Source: an uncultured archaeon (GTDB lineage Archaea > Asgardarchaeota > Lokiarchaeia > Sigyniarchaeales > SOKP01). Taken from it: 64,000 nucleotides of DNA. Every line of letters starts with the position of its first letter. Within the stretch, counting starts at the first letter, position 1. Shown piece after piece: positions 10,461-21,398 of this stretch. The position numbers and the translations under genes were made by a program. The notes under the pieces were generated by a model, which had not been told where the DNA came from, made no database searches, and worked only from the letters and a program-made list of their open reading frames with translations. Location: the NCBI GenBank assembly GCA_964486045.1, contig CAZALK010000011.1, forward strand, positions 112,526 through 176,525. Reading direction: 5' to 3'.

Positions 10461-12488
10461 TTGAAGTTTGTTAAACTTTTTGAACCTTTAAAATTAAGAA
10501 ATGTAGAGATTCGCAATAGAATTGTGATGCCTGCTATGGCGCTCAATTTTTCACCCGATAGATCTGTAAATGATAAAACTATTGATTTTTATGAGGAAAG
10601 AGCTAAGGGAGGTGTAGGGTTAATAATCCTTGGAGGGTGTTCCGTAGAAGATAGAGGTGGTGGTCCGACAATGTTATCGATCGCTGAGGATAAATTTGTA
10701 CAAGGTTACACAGCTTTCGCGGAAAAAATGCACAAACATGGAGCCAAAACGATTGTCCAATTATACCATGCGGGGGCATATTCAGGTATGCCGGGAATGG
10801 TTTCATCCTCAGCTGTAATGTCAAATTTAACTAGAAGAGTTCCCGAAGAATTAACGATAGAAGAGATCAAAATTGTTCAAGAAAGTCATGCCAAAGCGGC
10901 GGAGCGGGTAAGAGAAGCGGGCTTCGATGGAGTAGAGTTATTGGGATCGGCAGGCTACTTAATAAATCAATTTCTTAGTCCGATGACAAACAAACGAACT
11001 GATGAATATGGAGGTTCATTAGAAAATCGTCTTAGATACCCTTTAGAATTAATAGAATTAGTCAAGGAAAGAGTAGGAAGAGATATTTTGGTAGGAATGA
11101 GAGTCGCTGGAGATGATTTTGTACCGGGGTCTAACACTTATAAGGAAAGTGCATTGTTTGCTAAACATTATGATGAGGCAGGTGTAGACTTCATAAATGT
11201 GACTGGGGGCTGGCATGAAACTAGGATTCCCCAGCTTCCAATGTTAGTACCGCCAGCAACTTATGTGTATTTAGCTGCAAACATAAAGGAAAACTTAAAT
11301 GGACCCGTTTTTTCTGCGAACCGAATTAATGATCCCATACTAGCCGAGAGAATTTTAAGAAATGAATGGGCAGACGCAATAGCCATGGGAAGGGGACTTA
11401 TTGCTGATCCTTACTTACCCAATAAGGCTAAAGAAAACAAATTATGGGACATTAAGAAGTGTTTAGCGTGTAACCAAGGATGCTTTGATAAAATCTTTAC
11501 CGGAAAATCGGTAGAATGCTTGCGAAATTATCAGGCTTCACGAGAGGGTAAATTTGACCTCGATCAAAAAACAAAATCTCCTAAGAAAGTGGTGATCGTT
11601 GGAAGCGGACCTGGAGGATTAGAAGCAGCTCGTGTAGCGACAATACTGGGCCATAAAGTCACGATCTTAGAAAAAAAAGAGAAGATTGGAGGTCAAGTTA
11701 ATGCCGCTTTTGTCCCACCTGGACGCGGTGAGATGCAAGAGATTATTAAGTATTACAAATCACAAATAAAACACCGAAATATTGATGTACGACTTAACAC
11801 TGAAGCGACATTAGAGAAAATTAATGAACTCGACCCTGAAGTAGTTATATTTGCTACTGGAGTCAAGTTTAGTATCCCAGATATTCCAGGCATCGATGGT
11901 AGCCTTGGAAGTACAGTATATTTTGCTGATGATGTGCTTACTGGGGATTACCATATTGGAAAAAATGTAGTCGTAGTAGGAGGATCAGCTACTGGAATGG
12001 AAACGGCAATCTGGGTAGCGGACCTTGGGGCCTTAGATTCAGAAATAGCAAGGTTTATAAGTCTTTATGAATTGGTTCCGCGTGACGAAATCTTTAGCAA
12101 GTGGCTTCGGGGTAATAGAGATGTTACCATCATTGAAAAACTTCCTAAAATAGGACTTAATCTTGGGAGAACTACTCGTGGATTCATGATTGGTCATTCA
12201 ATGAAGATGGGTATAAAGACTATAACTAATGCAAACATAACAAAATTCGAAGGAAAAACTGTGGAATATAAAATAGGAGATGAAAAGAATACATTAGAAA
12301 ATATTGATACATTTATATTAGCAACGGGTGTAAAACCTAATACAGAACTTTACGACAAAGCCATAGCTTCGGATCCAATATATAAAGTATATAGAGTCGG
12401 AGACTGTGACGACAAGAAACCAGAAAAACGTAATATGCTGGAAGCAATACACCAAGGATATTTGACAGCTTTCAACCTAGATAAATAA
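10461..12488 (+). CDS. NADH:flavin oxidoreductase, Old Yellow Enzyme family (2,4-dienoyl-CoA reductase FadH-like)
   Basis: RNRIVMPAM, AGFDGVEL, NKRTDEYGGSLENR, CLACNQGC Fe-S motif, GSGPGG and GGSATG Rossmann motifs. Confidence 0.92.
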   Translation: MKFVKLFEPLKLRNVEIRNRIVMPAMALNFSPDRSVNDKTIDFYEERAKGGVGLIILGGCSVEDRGGGPTMLSIAEDKFVQGYTAFAEKMHKHGAKTIVQLYHAGAYSGMPGMVSSSAVMSNLTRRVPEELTIEEIKIVQESHAKAAERVREAGFDGVELLGSAGYLINQFLSPMTNKRTDEYGGSLENRLRYPLELIELVKERVGRDILVGMRVAGDDFVPGSNTYKESALFAKHYDEAGVDFINVTGGWHETRIPQLPMLVPPATYVYLAANIKENLNGPVFSANRINDPILAERILRNEWADAIAMGRGLIADPYLPNKAKENKLWDIKKCLACNQGCFDKIFTGKSVECLRNYQASREGKFDLDQKTKSPKKVVIVGSGPGGLEAARVATILGHKVTILEKKEKIGGQVNAAFVPPGRGEMQEIIKYYKSQIKHRNIDVRLNTEATLEKINELDPEVVIFATGVKFSIPDIPGIDGSLGSTVYFADDVLTGDYHIGKNVVVVGGSATGMETAIWVADLGALDSEIARFISLYELVPRDEIFSKWLRGNRDVTIIEKLPKIGLNLGRTTRGFMIGHSMKMGIKTITNANITKFEGKTVEYKIGDEKNTLENIDTFILATGVKPNTELYDKAIASDPIYKVYRVGDCDDKKPEKRNMLEAIHQGYLTAFNLDK

Positions 12489-12540
12489 GATGGAGAGCAA
12501 AAAAAAGCTTATTATTAAATAAAATTTTTTAACTAAATTT

Positions 12541-12909
12541 TCAATATTCTAATCTCGCTAACCCCCTCATTAAGCTTGGCCTCCGAGATCGCTTATAACA
12601 ATCGGTGCAGAACCAAGAATTATGTTTACGTACGTATATCATGTCCTGATCGGTCCTACGACATGATGGGCACATGCAAATGGAATTTCTGAGCACCCTA
12701 TCTATTTCGTAATTCTCTTCTACTAACTTTTTATATCGGCTATCTTCATGAGGCTTCCACCCACTCTTTAAATATTTTAATAAATAAGTTTGCTCGTTTT
12801 GATTAACACCTCGCCTAACGTTAGCGACGCTGATCCACAACAGCCGGAGATTGTTCCTTACTTTTCGTAAAAAATCAGTACGCAGTTCAATTTTTTTTTT
12901 GTCCTTCAC
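12541..12909 (-). CDS. Hypothetical protein with a CxxC-x15-CxxC zinc-binding motif
   Basis: CPSC...WFCTDC. Confidence 0.6.
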   Translation of the reverse strand: MKDKKKIELRTDFLRKVRNNLRLLWISVANVRRGVNQNEQTYLLKYLKSGWKPHEDSRYKKLVEENYEIDRVLRNSICMCPSCRRTDQDMIYVRKHNSWFCTDCYKRSRRPSLMRGLARLEY

Positions 12910-13306
12910 AATAATTAAAAAAAAGTTATGATATTTAAATTAATCATTCAAAAAGTCTCGTCTTTATCAAGTTCGATCCCTTGGCTGAAATCAAAATACT
13001 TAAGGAGGGCAGTTCTATCCGCAAATCCCGGAATTCTTACGAGCATTGAATATACACCATCTCCATCCGTATGTTGGAAAAACCTCTAGTGAGTAGAATG
13101 AGTTTTAAATCTTTTAATAAAATTGAAATTGTTCAAAGAGTAAAATATATCTTATTATAATCAAAAAAGAAGAAGATTATAAGGCCCCAGATTAAAAAGA
13201 GAACCATCAGTGAAAATAGGAAACTGGATTTTTAAAGAGTTTTAAATTTTTTATAAAAGCAATAGTATTCTGATTAGAGTTCTCTGGTGTTTAATAAACT
13301 TATTAT

Positions 13307-14107
13307 TCAACGAAAGTAAGAATCTGCCCCTTTATCGTCCTGAGGTGGTTTCATAAATTGATCTGTTTGTTTCTTAAAAGATTCAAAAACATGTTCCATT
13401 TCTTTAATTTTCTCATCTAACTTACTAAAATCCATATCTAGGGTAAAATAATCCTTTATTAAAGAAACGAGGGCTTTTGATGAACGGGGATCTAAAGTCA
13501 TCATTGGTAAAGGAATTGTCTCAGCTAGTAAACAAACGCCTGGAGCAAAGTTATTAGACCCAGCATAAGCGGGAATTATTCCATTTGCTCCTGAAATATA
13601 TCCACTCTCATACAATTTGGTATTTTCAAACTCTAGGAATGACTTAACAAGATCTTTTTTAGTACCGCATACATAAACTAAAGGATTATCATGAACTCTA
13701 TCAGAAATCATAGCACCTGTACTTACATACATTTGGATATTTCCTCCTGTAATCTTTTCCATTTCTTCACAAAAGACTTTTGAAAATTCAAAGACCCCCT
13801 CGGGAGTTTGAGGTTGATAAGAGGCCGTTAAAATAAATAGGTCATTTTCCTCTTCTATTTTCGCTGGTTTATAATACAATTTTGCGGTTGGAATTTCTAA
13901 AGAACCCTTTTCTACAATTGCTTTAGGTGAAAAATCAAAATATTGAATATTTAACAGTTCCTTGGCATCAAGAGATTCAATTATAGATGTTATTGCCAAT
14001 TTTGCTACTAGTGCGATTCCAGGCCACCCAATCAACACAATAGGGTTTTTAATGCTCTTTTTTTCTAAACTAAATTTTTTTTCTATATTTATATGCATTT
14101 TTCTCAC
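13307..14107 (-). CDS. PAC2 family (proteasome assembly chaperone-like) protein
   Basis: PIVLIGWPGIALVAKLA, GYISGANG, CLLAET, DPRSSKAL. Confidence 0.88.
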   Translation of the reverse strand: MRKMHINIEKKFSLEKKSIKNPIVLIGWPGIALVAKLAITSIIESLDAKELLNIQYFDFSPKAIVEKGSLEIPTAKLYYKPAKIEEENDLFILTASYQPQTPEGVFEFSKVFCEEMEKITGGNIQMYVSTGAMISDRVHDNPLVYVCGTKKDLVKSFLEFENTKLYESGYISGANGIIPAYAGSNNFAPGVCLLAETIPLPMMTLDPRSSKALVSLIKDYFTLDMDFSKLDEKIKEMEHVFESFKKQTDQFMKPPQDDKGADSYFR

Positions 14108-14118
14108 TTATTTAATAA

Positions 14119-15147
14119 TTATTTATTTAAAGTGGAAAGATTTTCCCCGCAACGAGGACAAAATCTCTTTCTTCTATCTATTAAAACACCACAATATGGA
14201 CAATAAAATCTACCTTCATTTTGCAAAATTAATGTAGGTTCATCTTTTATGGAATAATAACTTCTTTGAAATTTTATTTCTAAATCTTTTTTAGTTTTTA
14301 ATGAAGCAAATAATACTGTTAATAAACATATAAACAAGGGTGCAAGAAGGATATTAACTAGATTTAGTAAAAATTGATACAGAATAATCATACCATAATT
14401 TCTCGTACTTGGTTCTAGCCATATGTTGTAATTATATGATATAACACTAGGATCCACAAAGAAATCGATAATGTAGTTGAATATAAAACTAAAAATGAAA
14501 ACTATACTAAAATTGAAAATAAAAACACCGATAATTTTAAGTTTGTTGTTAGTTCCTTTCGCAATTACTCTTGCTTCCGAAATTGGCTTTTTTATTTCTT
14601 CAATATTGTATGTGAATACTAAAAAAATAAACATGGTAAATACAACAATCGCAGGAATATATAATAAAATGGAACTGATTGGCAAACATATGCCAACTAT
14701 AAATATCACAATAAAAATTTTCTTATTAAAAGCTGATTTAAAAGAATTGGAAAAGCTTGTTTTATCATGCATATATTTTTTTAAAACATAGTTACTGACA
14801 GAACACATCGCTATTGTAATTATAATTGCTCCAATTAGGTTTTGGAGGAAAAGTAAAACAACACTCAATAGCATAAAAAGAGATATTAAATTCCACTCGC
14901 CTGCAGTTAGAGGTGTATCCTCAACGATCTGCGCCATTAAATCAACTACATTAATTCCTATCGAATCGATATATACTTTAAGATCGGTGAGTAAAAAAGT
15001 ATCGAACATAATTAATATTAGCTGAAAAAAGGCAAGTGGAAGAATTATTGCTCTGTAACATTGAAAAAACAATCTAATCCCCTCCGATAGAACTTCGCTG
15101 AATCTTTTATTTACGAGGTTTACCAATCTTTGGGAATTTTTTTCCAT
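14119..15147 (-). CDS. Multi-pass membrane protein with C-terminal zinc ribbon
   Basis: Hydrophobic segments and YCPYCG...FCPRCG. Confidence 0.75.
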   Translation of the reverse strand: MEKNSQRLVNLVNKRFSEVLSEGIRLFFQCYRAIILPLAFFQLILIMFDTFLLTDLKVYIDSIGINVVDLMAQIVEDTPLTAGEWNLISLFMLLSVVLLFLQNLIGAIIITIAMCSVSNYVLKKYMHDKTSFSNSFKSAFNKKIFIVIFIVGICLPISSILLYIPAIVVFTMFIFLVFTYNIEEIKKPISEARVIAKGTNNKLKIIGVFIFNFSIVFIFSFIFNYIIDFFVDPSVISYNYNIWLEPSTRNYGMIILYQFLLNLVNILLAPLFICLLTVLFASLKTKKDLEIKFQRSYYSIKDEPTLILQNEGRFYCPYCGVLIDRRKRFCPRCGENLSTLNK

Positions 15148-15265
15148 ACTGTCTATAAAAAAGTATTTTATTATAATTTTATTATATTTTCATAGATAAC
15201 GATATGTTAATACGTTTATTCACTATTATTGAAGGTAATTACTCAATTAAGTATTTCTAACAATA

Positions 15266-17173
15266 ATGTCTTTTATTGGAGAGTCAAGGTATATAAGGAA
15301 ACAATCTTCACGTCAAATTCCAGGAATAATTTCATATTTAGAATTGTTTTCTTCAAAAAAATTAGCGTATTCAATATTTTTTGTCATACCTTTACTTTTT
15401 GGCTTCATCTCATTAATTATTCATACCTCTTTAATAGGTTATTTAGAAGTTTTCCATTTTTTTAGGTTTGTAATTCTTTTTTTACTAATCTCAGGATTAT
15501 CGACATTATTTTCTATTATTTTCTTTTCTAAAAAGGCTCCTATTTTACGATCACCTCCTAATGGATGGTCAGTACAGATGAATGTGTATTTTAGTATCGT
15601 GATTGAAGTAACTTTCATTTTTGGTCAAATTGTTTCGAGTCTCTTGAATAATATATGGTATCAAGAAGTTTTTTTGATACTAGGGACAATAATCGCTTAC
15701 GCTGTAGCTTTTATAATTTATTTCTCATTCACTACAGTAGGTCGGCGTGGTTATTTTTTTTTATCCTTAGCTCAACCGGTTACAACTATTTTGCTTTATG
15801 CTTTATACACTGGTCAATTTAATACAGATTTCTTTGTAAGAGCAATGATTTTTTTCACAGGGTGTGCCTTATTATTTGCAATCCCCTATAGAAGAGGTTT
15901 ATTTCAAGTCAGTAATGTATATAAAGAAGCAACAGGAATGGGGGGTTACTCCTTTATTAGAGCCTTTATTCTTTCCATGATGACTGAAGGAAATGATGAA
16001 CTTATTGAAACATATTTTGACAGAGTTGGTATAAAATCTAAAGTGAAAATTCAATATCTTCTTATCCGTAGCATAAACACTAAAGAAATAAAAGGCTTGT
16101 TTATTATTCCGCATATTCACTTTGGACCATTTAAGACGTGTGGTTCCTCAGATTTACCGGAACATATATATAGAGCATTTACAGATATTCCGGGAACTAC
16201 TGTATATCACACAACAAACGATCATTCCAAAAATTTAACAACCCAGGGTTATGTTGAGACAGTAGTAGATAAAATTAAACAAGACATTAATGAAATAAGA
16301 AATAATAACGAAACTACATGGATTAAAGAAATTAAAGACTTTACAAGAAAAATTTCGAATTCTGCTAAACTCATAGGAATGGAAGTTGGGAATGTACCAT
16401 TAGTTTTTATTACTAGACACCCCCTACCTTCTGATGATATAGAAGCAGAAGTAGGAGAACAAATTAGAGAGTTTGCTATTTCTCAAGGACTTCAAGACAT
16501 AATTATCATCGATTCTCATAATGCAATAATTGGTGATGAAATATTAATAACCAAAAATACAATCGAATCCCAAGATCTCATTAACGTCTCAAAGAAATAT
16601 ATTGAGAGTAAAACCATTCAAGGATCTAAGAAAGTTCAAATGCAATATGGAGTTGCGAAGAGTACATTTAAAAATTACTCAGAAAAAGATGGTATTGGTT
16701 TTGGGGGAATGGTTGTTCATCTATTTAAAAATTCTGAGAATGACCAAACCACATTATTAATACATTTTGATGGTAATAATGCATATGTAGATATTAGGTC
16801 CTATATTCTAAATATGCTTCAAAATAGAGGAATCGAGAAAGGAGAAATCTCTACTTCCGATTCTCATACAGTAGCCAGGCAGCTTTCCGCGAGAGGGTAT
16901 TCACCCATAGGTGATAAAATAAAAATCGATGATATTCTGGTAAAACTAGATTTATTAATCCAAGAAGCAGAAAATAATTTGGAACCCGTTGAATTTTATT
17001 ATAAAGCTTCAAGTGTAGATAATGTTAAGATCTGGGGAAACCCTAGATACTTTTACGCAATCTTAGACACACTTAAAGAATGTATTAAAGTATCCCAGAA
17101 ATTATTAACACTAAGTTTAATCATTCCAACATTTTTTTCACTTATTTTACTCTTATTTCTCTACAATATCTAA
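15266..17173 (+). CDS. DUF2070 family archaeal membrane protein
   Basis: N-terminal TMs; PHIHFGPF..GSSDL, IDSHN, DGNN, TSDSH motifs. Confidence 0.85.
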   Translation: MSFIGESRYIRKQSSRQIPGIISYLELFSSKKLAYSIFFVIPLLFGFISLIIHTSLIGYLEVFHFFRFVILFLLISGLSTLFSIIFFSKKAPILRSPPNGWSVQMNVYFSIVIEVTFIFGQIVSSLLNNIWYQEVFLILGTIIAYAVAFIIYFSFTTVGRRGYFFLSLAQPVTTILLYALYTGQFNTDFFVRAMIFFTGCALLFAIPYRRGLFQVSNVYKEATGMGGYSFIRAFILSMMTEGNDELIETYFDRVGIKSKVKIQYLLIRSINTKEIKGLFIIPHIHFGPFKTCGSSDLPEHIYRAFTDIPGTTVYHTTNDHSKNLTTQGYVETVVDKIKQDINEIRNNNETTWIKEIKDFTRKISNSAKLIGMEVGNVPLVFITRHPLPSDDIEAEVGEQIREFAISQGLQDIIIIDSHNAIIGDEILITKNTIESQDLINVSKKYIESKTIQGSKKVQMQYGVAKSTFKNYSEKDGIGFGGMVVHLFKNSENDQTTLLIHFDGNNAYVDIRSYILNMLQNRGIEKGEISTSDSHTVARQLSARGYSPIGDKIKIDDILVKLDLLIQEAENNLEPVEFYYKASSVDNVKIWGNPRYFYAILDTLKECIKVSQKLLTLSLIIPTFFSLILLLFLYNI

Positions 17174-17257
17174 CAAATTTTATTATCTTATAATTCAATA
17201 TTTAAATAATTCCTCTACCTATTTGTTATTTATACATAAAATGGAAAAAGTGAGTAG

Positions 17258-17983
17258 ATGGTATTAAACCCCTTGGATATTTTAAATGGAATATTTAGTT
17301 TCATATTTGTGGTTATATCTTTATTTGTTGGCTTTCTAATACTATTAAGATATATCAGGTATAAAGAGAAAATATATTTTTTAGTTGGAACTACCTGGAT
17401 TTTAATATCTGAACCCTGGTGGCCTTCCAGTTTGTCCTTCCTAGTATCCTTAAGTAATGGGGTGGGATTATCACCAACATTGTACTTCATAATTGGGAAT
17501 ACGTTGGTTCCGTTGGCGATTATCTTGTGGTTATTAGCATTTACAGATTTTTTATTTACTGAAAAACGTAAATTGATACTAATAGTATTCATAATTATCG
17601 GAATAATCTTTGAAGTTATATTCTATACTTTCTTATTTATAAATCCTGTTCTAATTGGAACCCAAAACTCGCCTGTCGACGTGAGTTATAGTTTCTTCAT
17701 AATAATTTTTTTGGTAATTTTTGTTTTAATTGTTGTCATTAGTGGCTTACTATTTGCTCATTTATCGTTAAAATCTGATGATCCAGAAGTTAAACTCAAA
17801 GGAAAATTATTAGTAATTGCTTTTATAGCGTTTTTCCTAGGAGCATTATTAGATTCATCGATACGTTTAAATGAGCTTGGAGTAATATTCGTAAGGTTAA
17901 TATTAATAGCGAGTGCCATCTTTTGGTATGGTGGATTCTTACTTCCCTCTTGGATGAAAAAACTTTTTCTAAAACAGAACTAG
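17258..17983 (+). CDS. Stand-alone 7-TM membrane protein
   Basis: Seven hydrophobic segments, no soluble domain. Confidence 0.7.
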   Translation: MVLNPLDILNGIFSFIFVVISLFVGFLILLRYIRYKEKIYFLVGTTWILISEPWWPSSLSFLVSLSNGVGLSPTLYFIIGNTLVPLAIILWLLAFTDFLFTEKRKLILIVFIIIGIIFEVIFYTFLFINPVLIGTQNSPVDVSYSFFIIIFLVIFVLIVVISGLLFAHLSLKSDDPEVKLKGKLLVIAFIAFFLGALLDSSIRLNELGVIFVRLILIASAIFWYGGFLLPSWMKKLFLKQN

Positions 17984-18063
17984 GTATTATTAGGATATTA
18001 TCTGGATTCATATTTTTTTTAAACTAGATCTCTTTAATAAATCAATTAATATCCTGGACAGTT

Positions 18064-18591
18064 ATGTTAAGCTCTGAAATTAGTAAAATAATAAAAGTAA
18101 CCTTTATTGGATCTCCTGCCGTGGGTAAAACAACTATGTTAAAACTTTTAATTCAGGATCCTATTGATAGGTTTTACATACCGACCCATGGACTTGACCT
18201 TAGAACAGTGAAATTTGATGATTATTATCTTCGTGTATGGGATCTTGCAGGTCAGAGTGGTTATCTGCGAACTTACTCAAAAGATTACTTATTAGGCTCA
18301 GATATTATTTTTATCGTATCAGACTCAACTCCTCGAAACGTATTAAACACTAGAGAATTGATTAATTATGCATGCCATTTTGTCGGAAAAGAATGTCCAA
18401 TAATATGTATAGCGAACAAACAAGATCTAGTAAAAACTGATGGTCGAATGGATGCAAAAAGGGTTGAGGATCTTTTACATGTGAAAACCTATGGATTAAC
18501 TGCAATAAATTCATCAGAGAGATTAAAATTATTAAATATAATAAAAAAAGAATTAGAACATATATCAATTAGAAGGGGGTTAAGAAAATAA
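18064..18591 (+). CDS. Small Ras-superfamily GTPase
   Basis: G1 GSPAVGKT, G2 PTHG, G3 WDLAGQ, G4 NKQD. Confidence 0.92.
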   Translation: MLSSEISKIIKVTFIGSPAVGKTTMLKLLIQDPIDRFYIPTHGLDLRTVKFDDYYLRVWDLAGQSGYLRTYSKDYLLGSDIIFIVSDSTPRNVLNTRELINYACHFVGKECPIICIANKQDLVKTDGRMDAKRVEDLLHVKTYGLTAINSSERLKLLNIIKKELEHISIRRGLRK

Positions 18592-19145
18592 TGAGATTTA
18601 GTGAAAATGAGCTGTTTGGCGCAGCTCTAATTGGATTCGACATGATTGATGGTCCATTCCTCAAATGGAAAAAAGAATTTGAAAAATCCACAAATTTAGT
18701 TAATTTAAACGATTTTGCTATGAATTTTTATCTTGCTTTTCGAGGTGGAAACGCTGGTAAAAAACCAAGGGCGATTCTATATGATAAATTTTATATCGTA
18801 GCTTTTCCTAAAGATTTAGAATTATTATGTCTTTTTATGAAACCTCAGGGAATTGAAAATAATATAAAACAACTAAATAAAATAGCTACCAAAATAACTC
18901 TTGAAATGGAAAGGGAAGAAGAAAATTTATCACCATCGAAGGATTCTAATGAGGAAACTGTAGAAGAAACCAAGAGACTCATACCGAATTTGTTAAGCGG
19001 AGCAAAAATGTCAACTCCAGAATTAAGAAGATACTTTAAATTAAGTAACTCTCAAATTTGGAAGATCATGTCTGATTTAGAGAATTCCCAAAAAATCAAA
19101 CGTGCGGAAAAAAAAGGGAGAGCTCAACTTTGGACAGCAATATAA
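18591..19145 (+). CDS. Longin/uDENN-like N-terminal domain plus C-terminal winged HTH (putative)
   Basis: LIGFDMIDGP start resembles uDENN/longin; MSTPELRRYFKLSNSQIWKIMSDLE is wHTH-like; TAATG overlap with the GTPase gene. Confidence 0.55.
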   Translation: MRFSENELFGAALIGFDMIDGPFLKWKKEFEKSTNLVNLNDFAMNFYLAFRGGNAGKKPRAILYDKFYIVAFPKDLELLCLFMKPQGIENNIKQLNKIATKITLEMEREEENLSPSKDSNEETVEETKRLIPNLLSGAKMSTPELRRYFKLSNSQIWKIMSDLENSQKIKRAEKKGRAQLWTAI

Positions 19146-19161
19146 ATTCCCCATTTTTATT

Positions 19162-19986
19162 TTATCTTGTCCTGTGATCCCATTTTCCAATATTTTTTGT
19201 ATAATATCGTGAGAACATAATATGACAAATGTCTGGTAAGTCTTTATCTAGGTTATTTACAGTAATAAATCGTAGAATATGGTTTATTAAAAAAATTCCG
19301 ATAAATTCAGCATGATAACTATCTAAATTTCTTTCTAGGGTTTCCCCTTGAAATTTTATATCTAAACCGTCCTCCTTATCCCATATTATTTCTGCAAAAA
19401 TTTTCGGGAAAATTTCCTTTTTAATTCTCCATTTATTTTCAGTTTTCCATACTTCGGCCCCAATAAAAATCGCGAGTGGTTCAATGTCATTTTCACGTAA
19501 ATATTTGAAGGGTTCATTTCTTTGCATGAGAACATTTTCCATTAATTCTGATTTTGAGTTGTAATTCTTTTCAAACGGTTCCTTTTCCTTCAGTTTTCTT
19601 TCAATAAAATCCATGACAATATCAATATAGGTGGCACTATCTTCACCGGGTACCCAAGCTACACGTTTACCTGAAAAGTAAAAGGTGAATTCTGCCTTAA
19701 TATCATCACCAAACTCATTCCCAAAATAAGTGTAAGAAATATGTATGGTTACCTCTGGAAACATTTCAATAGTTATTGACCAATCTTCACTAAATCCAAT
19801 ATTTTCAATTCTACCTCCTAAATCATTGTTCACAATAGCACCAAGCTTTTCTAAGTCTATATCTATGAAGAGAGCATATTTAGCTTTACTAATGTCTTCA
19901 AGTTCTTTTTCATGAGGTCCTCTTACACCAGTAGCATCAATTTGGCCTATTTTCATGAATTTTCTATTTTCTTGTGGCATTAACAA
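19162..19986 (-). CDS. Hypothetical protein with an internal two-fold repeat
   Basis: WSITIEMFPEV vs WRIKKEIFPKI halves. Confidence 0.6.
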   Translation of the reverse strand: MLMPQENRKFMKIGQIDATGVRGPHEKELEDISKAKYALFIDIDLEKLGAIVNNDLGGRIENIGFSEDWSITIEMFPEVTIHISYTYFGNEFGDDIKAEFTFYFSGKRVAWVPGEDSATYIDIVMDFIERKLKEKEPFEKNYNSKSELMENVLMQRNEPFKYLRENDIEPLAIFIGAEVWKTENKWRIKKEIFPKIFAEIIWDKEDGLDIKFQGETLERNLDSYHAEFIGIFLINHILRFITVNNLDKDLPDICHIMFSRYYTKNIGKWDHRTR

Positions 19987-20018
19987 ACCATCACATTAAT
20001 TAATTGAAATAAGAACTG

Positions 20019-21284
20019 TTATATATCTTTTTTTTTGAATTTTCCTATGAAAAAACCCTGAGTATGGTGGATTGAGGGAAATAACCTACCAGTTCCAGGT
20101 AATATCGAATTATTGAGAGTATAACTAGGAGAAAACCAATGAGGTAATTCTAATGGTTCCAAACTATTATTGAATTTTGAGATGAGGTATTCACCTTCCT
20201 CTGGATATAAACTGCAAGTTGAATATACAAGAATGCCGTCGTGTTTTAATAATTTTAGAGCACTTTCAAATAATTTTTCTTGTAATAACATACACTGGTG
20301 TAAAAACCTCTCGTTTTGTCGCCATTTCAGTTCTGGATTTGCTGATAAAGTTCCATTCCCCGTACACGGAGCATCCAGCAATATACGATCAAAATAATTT
20401 TTGAATCGAACAGGGAATTTTATACTATCAGTATTGATCATCTGTGTGTTTATTACGTATAAATTTTTGAGTAATTTCTTCATTGCTTTTATCCTGCTAA
20501 ACATGAAATCCCCCGCTATGATGCGACCTTTATTTTTCATACTTTGAGCTATTAAACTTGTTTTACTACCCGGAGCTGCACACATGTCGCATATAATTTC
20601 TCCTGGTTGAGGTGATAATACTTGAACCACCGCAGCTGATGCTTTATCTTGGAACATCAGAAATCCTTTTTGATACCAATCATTTTGAATAACTCTACTC
20701 TTCATATTAATTGGAATATTTAACAAATATGGTATTTGTGGGTCTTCATTAAATCTAATATTCTTTTTTCTTAGCTCATTTTTAATTTGATAAAATATAT
20801 TTTTTAGCTGATTTTTTCTCTTTAATGTATTAAATCGAAGATAAGTGTTGCCATCACTTATTGAATTGTCCATATATCTAACATTCTCTTTTAAAAATTT
20901 GAGTTCCATCACGGGTAAAAGATGGTTAATCATAAAAGTTGGAACTCCTTCGTATATACTTAACTTCTCTATTTCAGTTTTACCTGCTAAAGCCTTCCTC
21001 CAAGAAAATTGTCTTATCTTTTTCAAGAAATCCCATTCGATATTCTTTAATTCTCTAAAGATAATTTCATTTGAGGCTTTTTCCCAAAATATTCTATAAA
21101 CAGCATAGGAAATTTGTGCTAACTTAATTTCGGAATGAAGTTTTGAATCGAGATTAGTTCTAGTAATTATAAAATTTATCTTATTCCAAAATCTTACAAT
21201 TTCATAATAATAATGAATAATCTGGGGATTATTACCGAAATTCTTCAATGAAGAAGGTTCTTTTTTAATAAATCTCATCAGCAA
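20019..21284 (-). CDS. RsmB/NOL1/NOP2/Sun family RNA m5C methyltransferase
   Basis: FQDKAS, DMCAAPGSKT, DAPCTG, YSTCS; possible upstream ATC start at 21317. Confidence 0.93.
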   Translation of the reverse strand: MLMRFIKKEPSSLKNFGNNPQIIHYYYEIVRFWNKINFIITRTNLDSKLHSEIKLAQISYAVYRIFWEKASNEIIFRELKNIEWDFLKKIRQFSWRKALAGKTEIEKLSIYEGVPTFMINHLLPVMELKFLKENVRYMDNSISDGNTYLRFNTLKRKNQLKNIFYQIKNELRKKNIRFNEDPQIPYLLNIPINMKSRVIQNDWYQKGFLMFQDKASAAVVQVLSPQPGEIICDMCAAPGSKTSLIAQSMKNKGRIIAGDFMFSRIKAMKKLLKNLYVINTQMINTDSIKFPVRFKNYFDRILLDAPCTGNGTLSANPELKWRQNERFLHQCMLLQEKLFESALKLLKHDGILVYSTCSLYPEEGEYLISKFNNSLEPLELPHWFSPSYTLNNSILPGTGRLFPSIHHTQGFFIGKFKKKDI

Positions 21285-21398
21285 ATCAAGTATTTCTGCA
21301 ATTTCTGTTTTTTTGATAGCGAATAACCTCTCAATTGAAAAAGATAATTGTTCCTATTTATATTAATAAAAATAGATTGAATTGAAAGAAAAAATTAA

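Noticed and set aside
12950-13100. GC-richer intergenic stretch with GTTCGATCCC resembling a tRNA T-loop
   Set aside because: No 5-bp T stem, acceptor stem or anticodon arm; more likely a startless minus-strand gene fragment (..HTDGDGVYSMLVRIPGFADR..)
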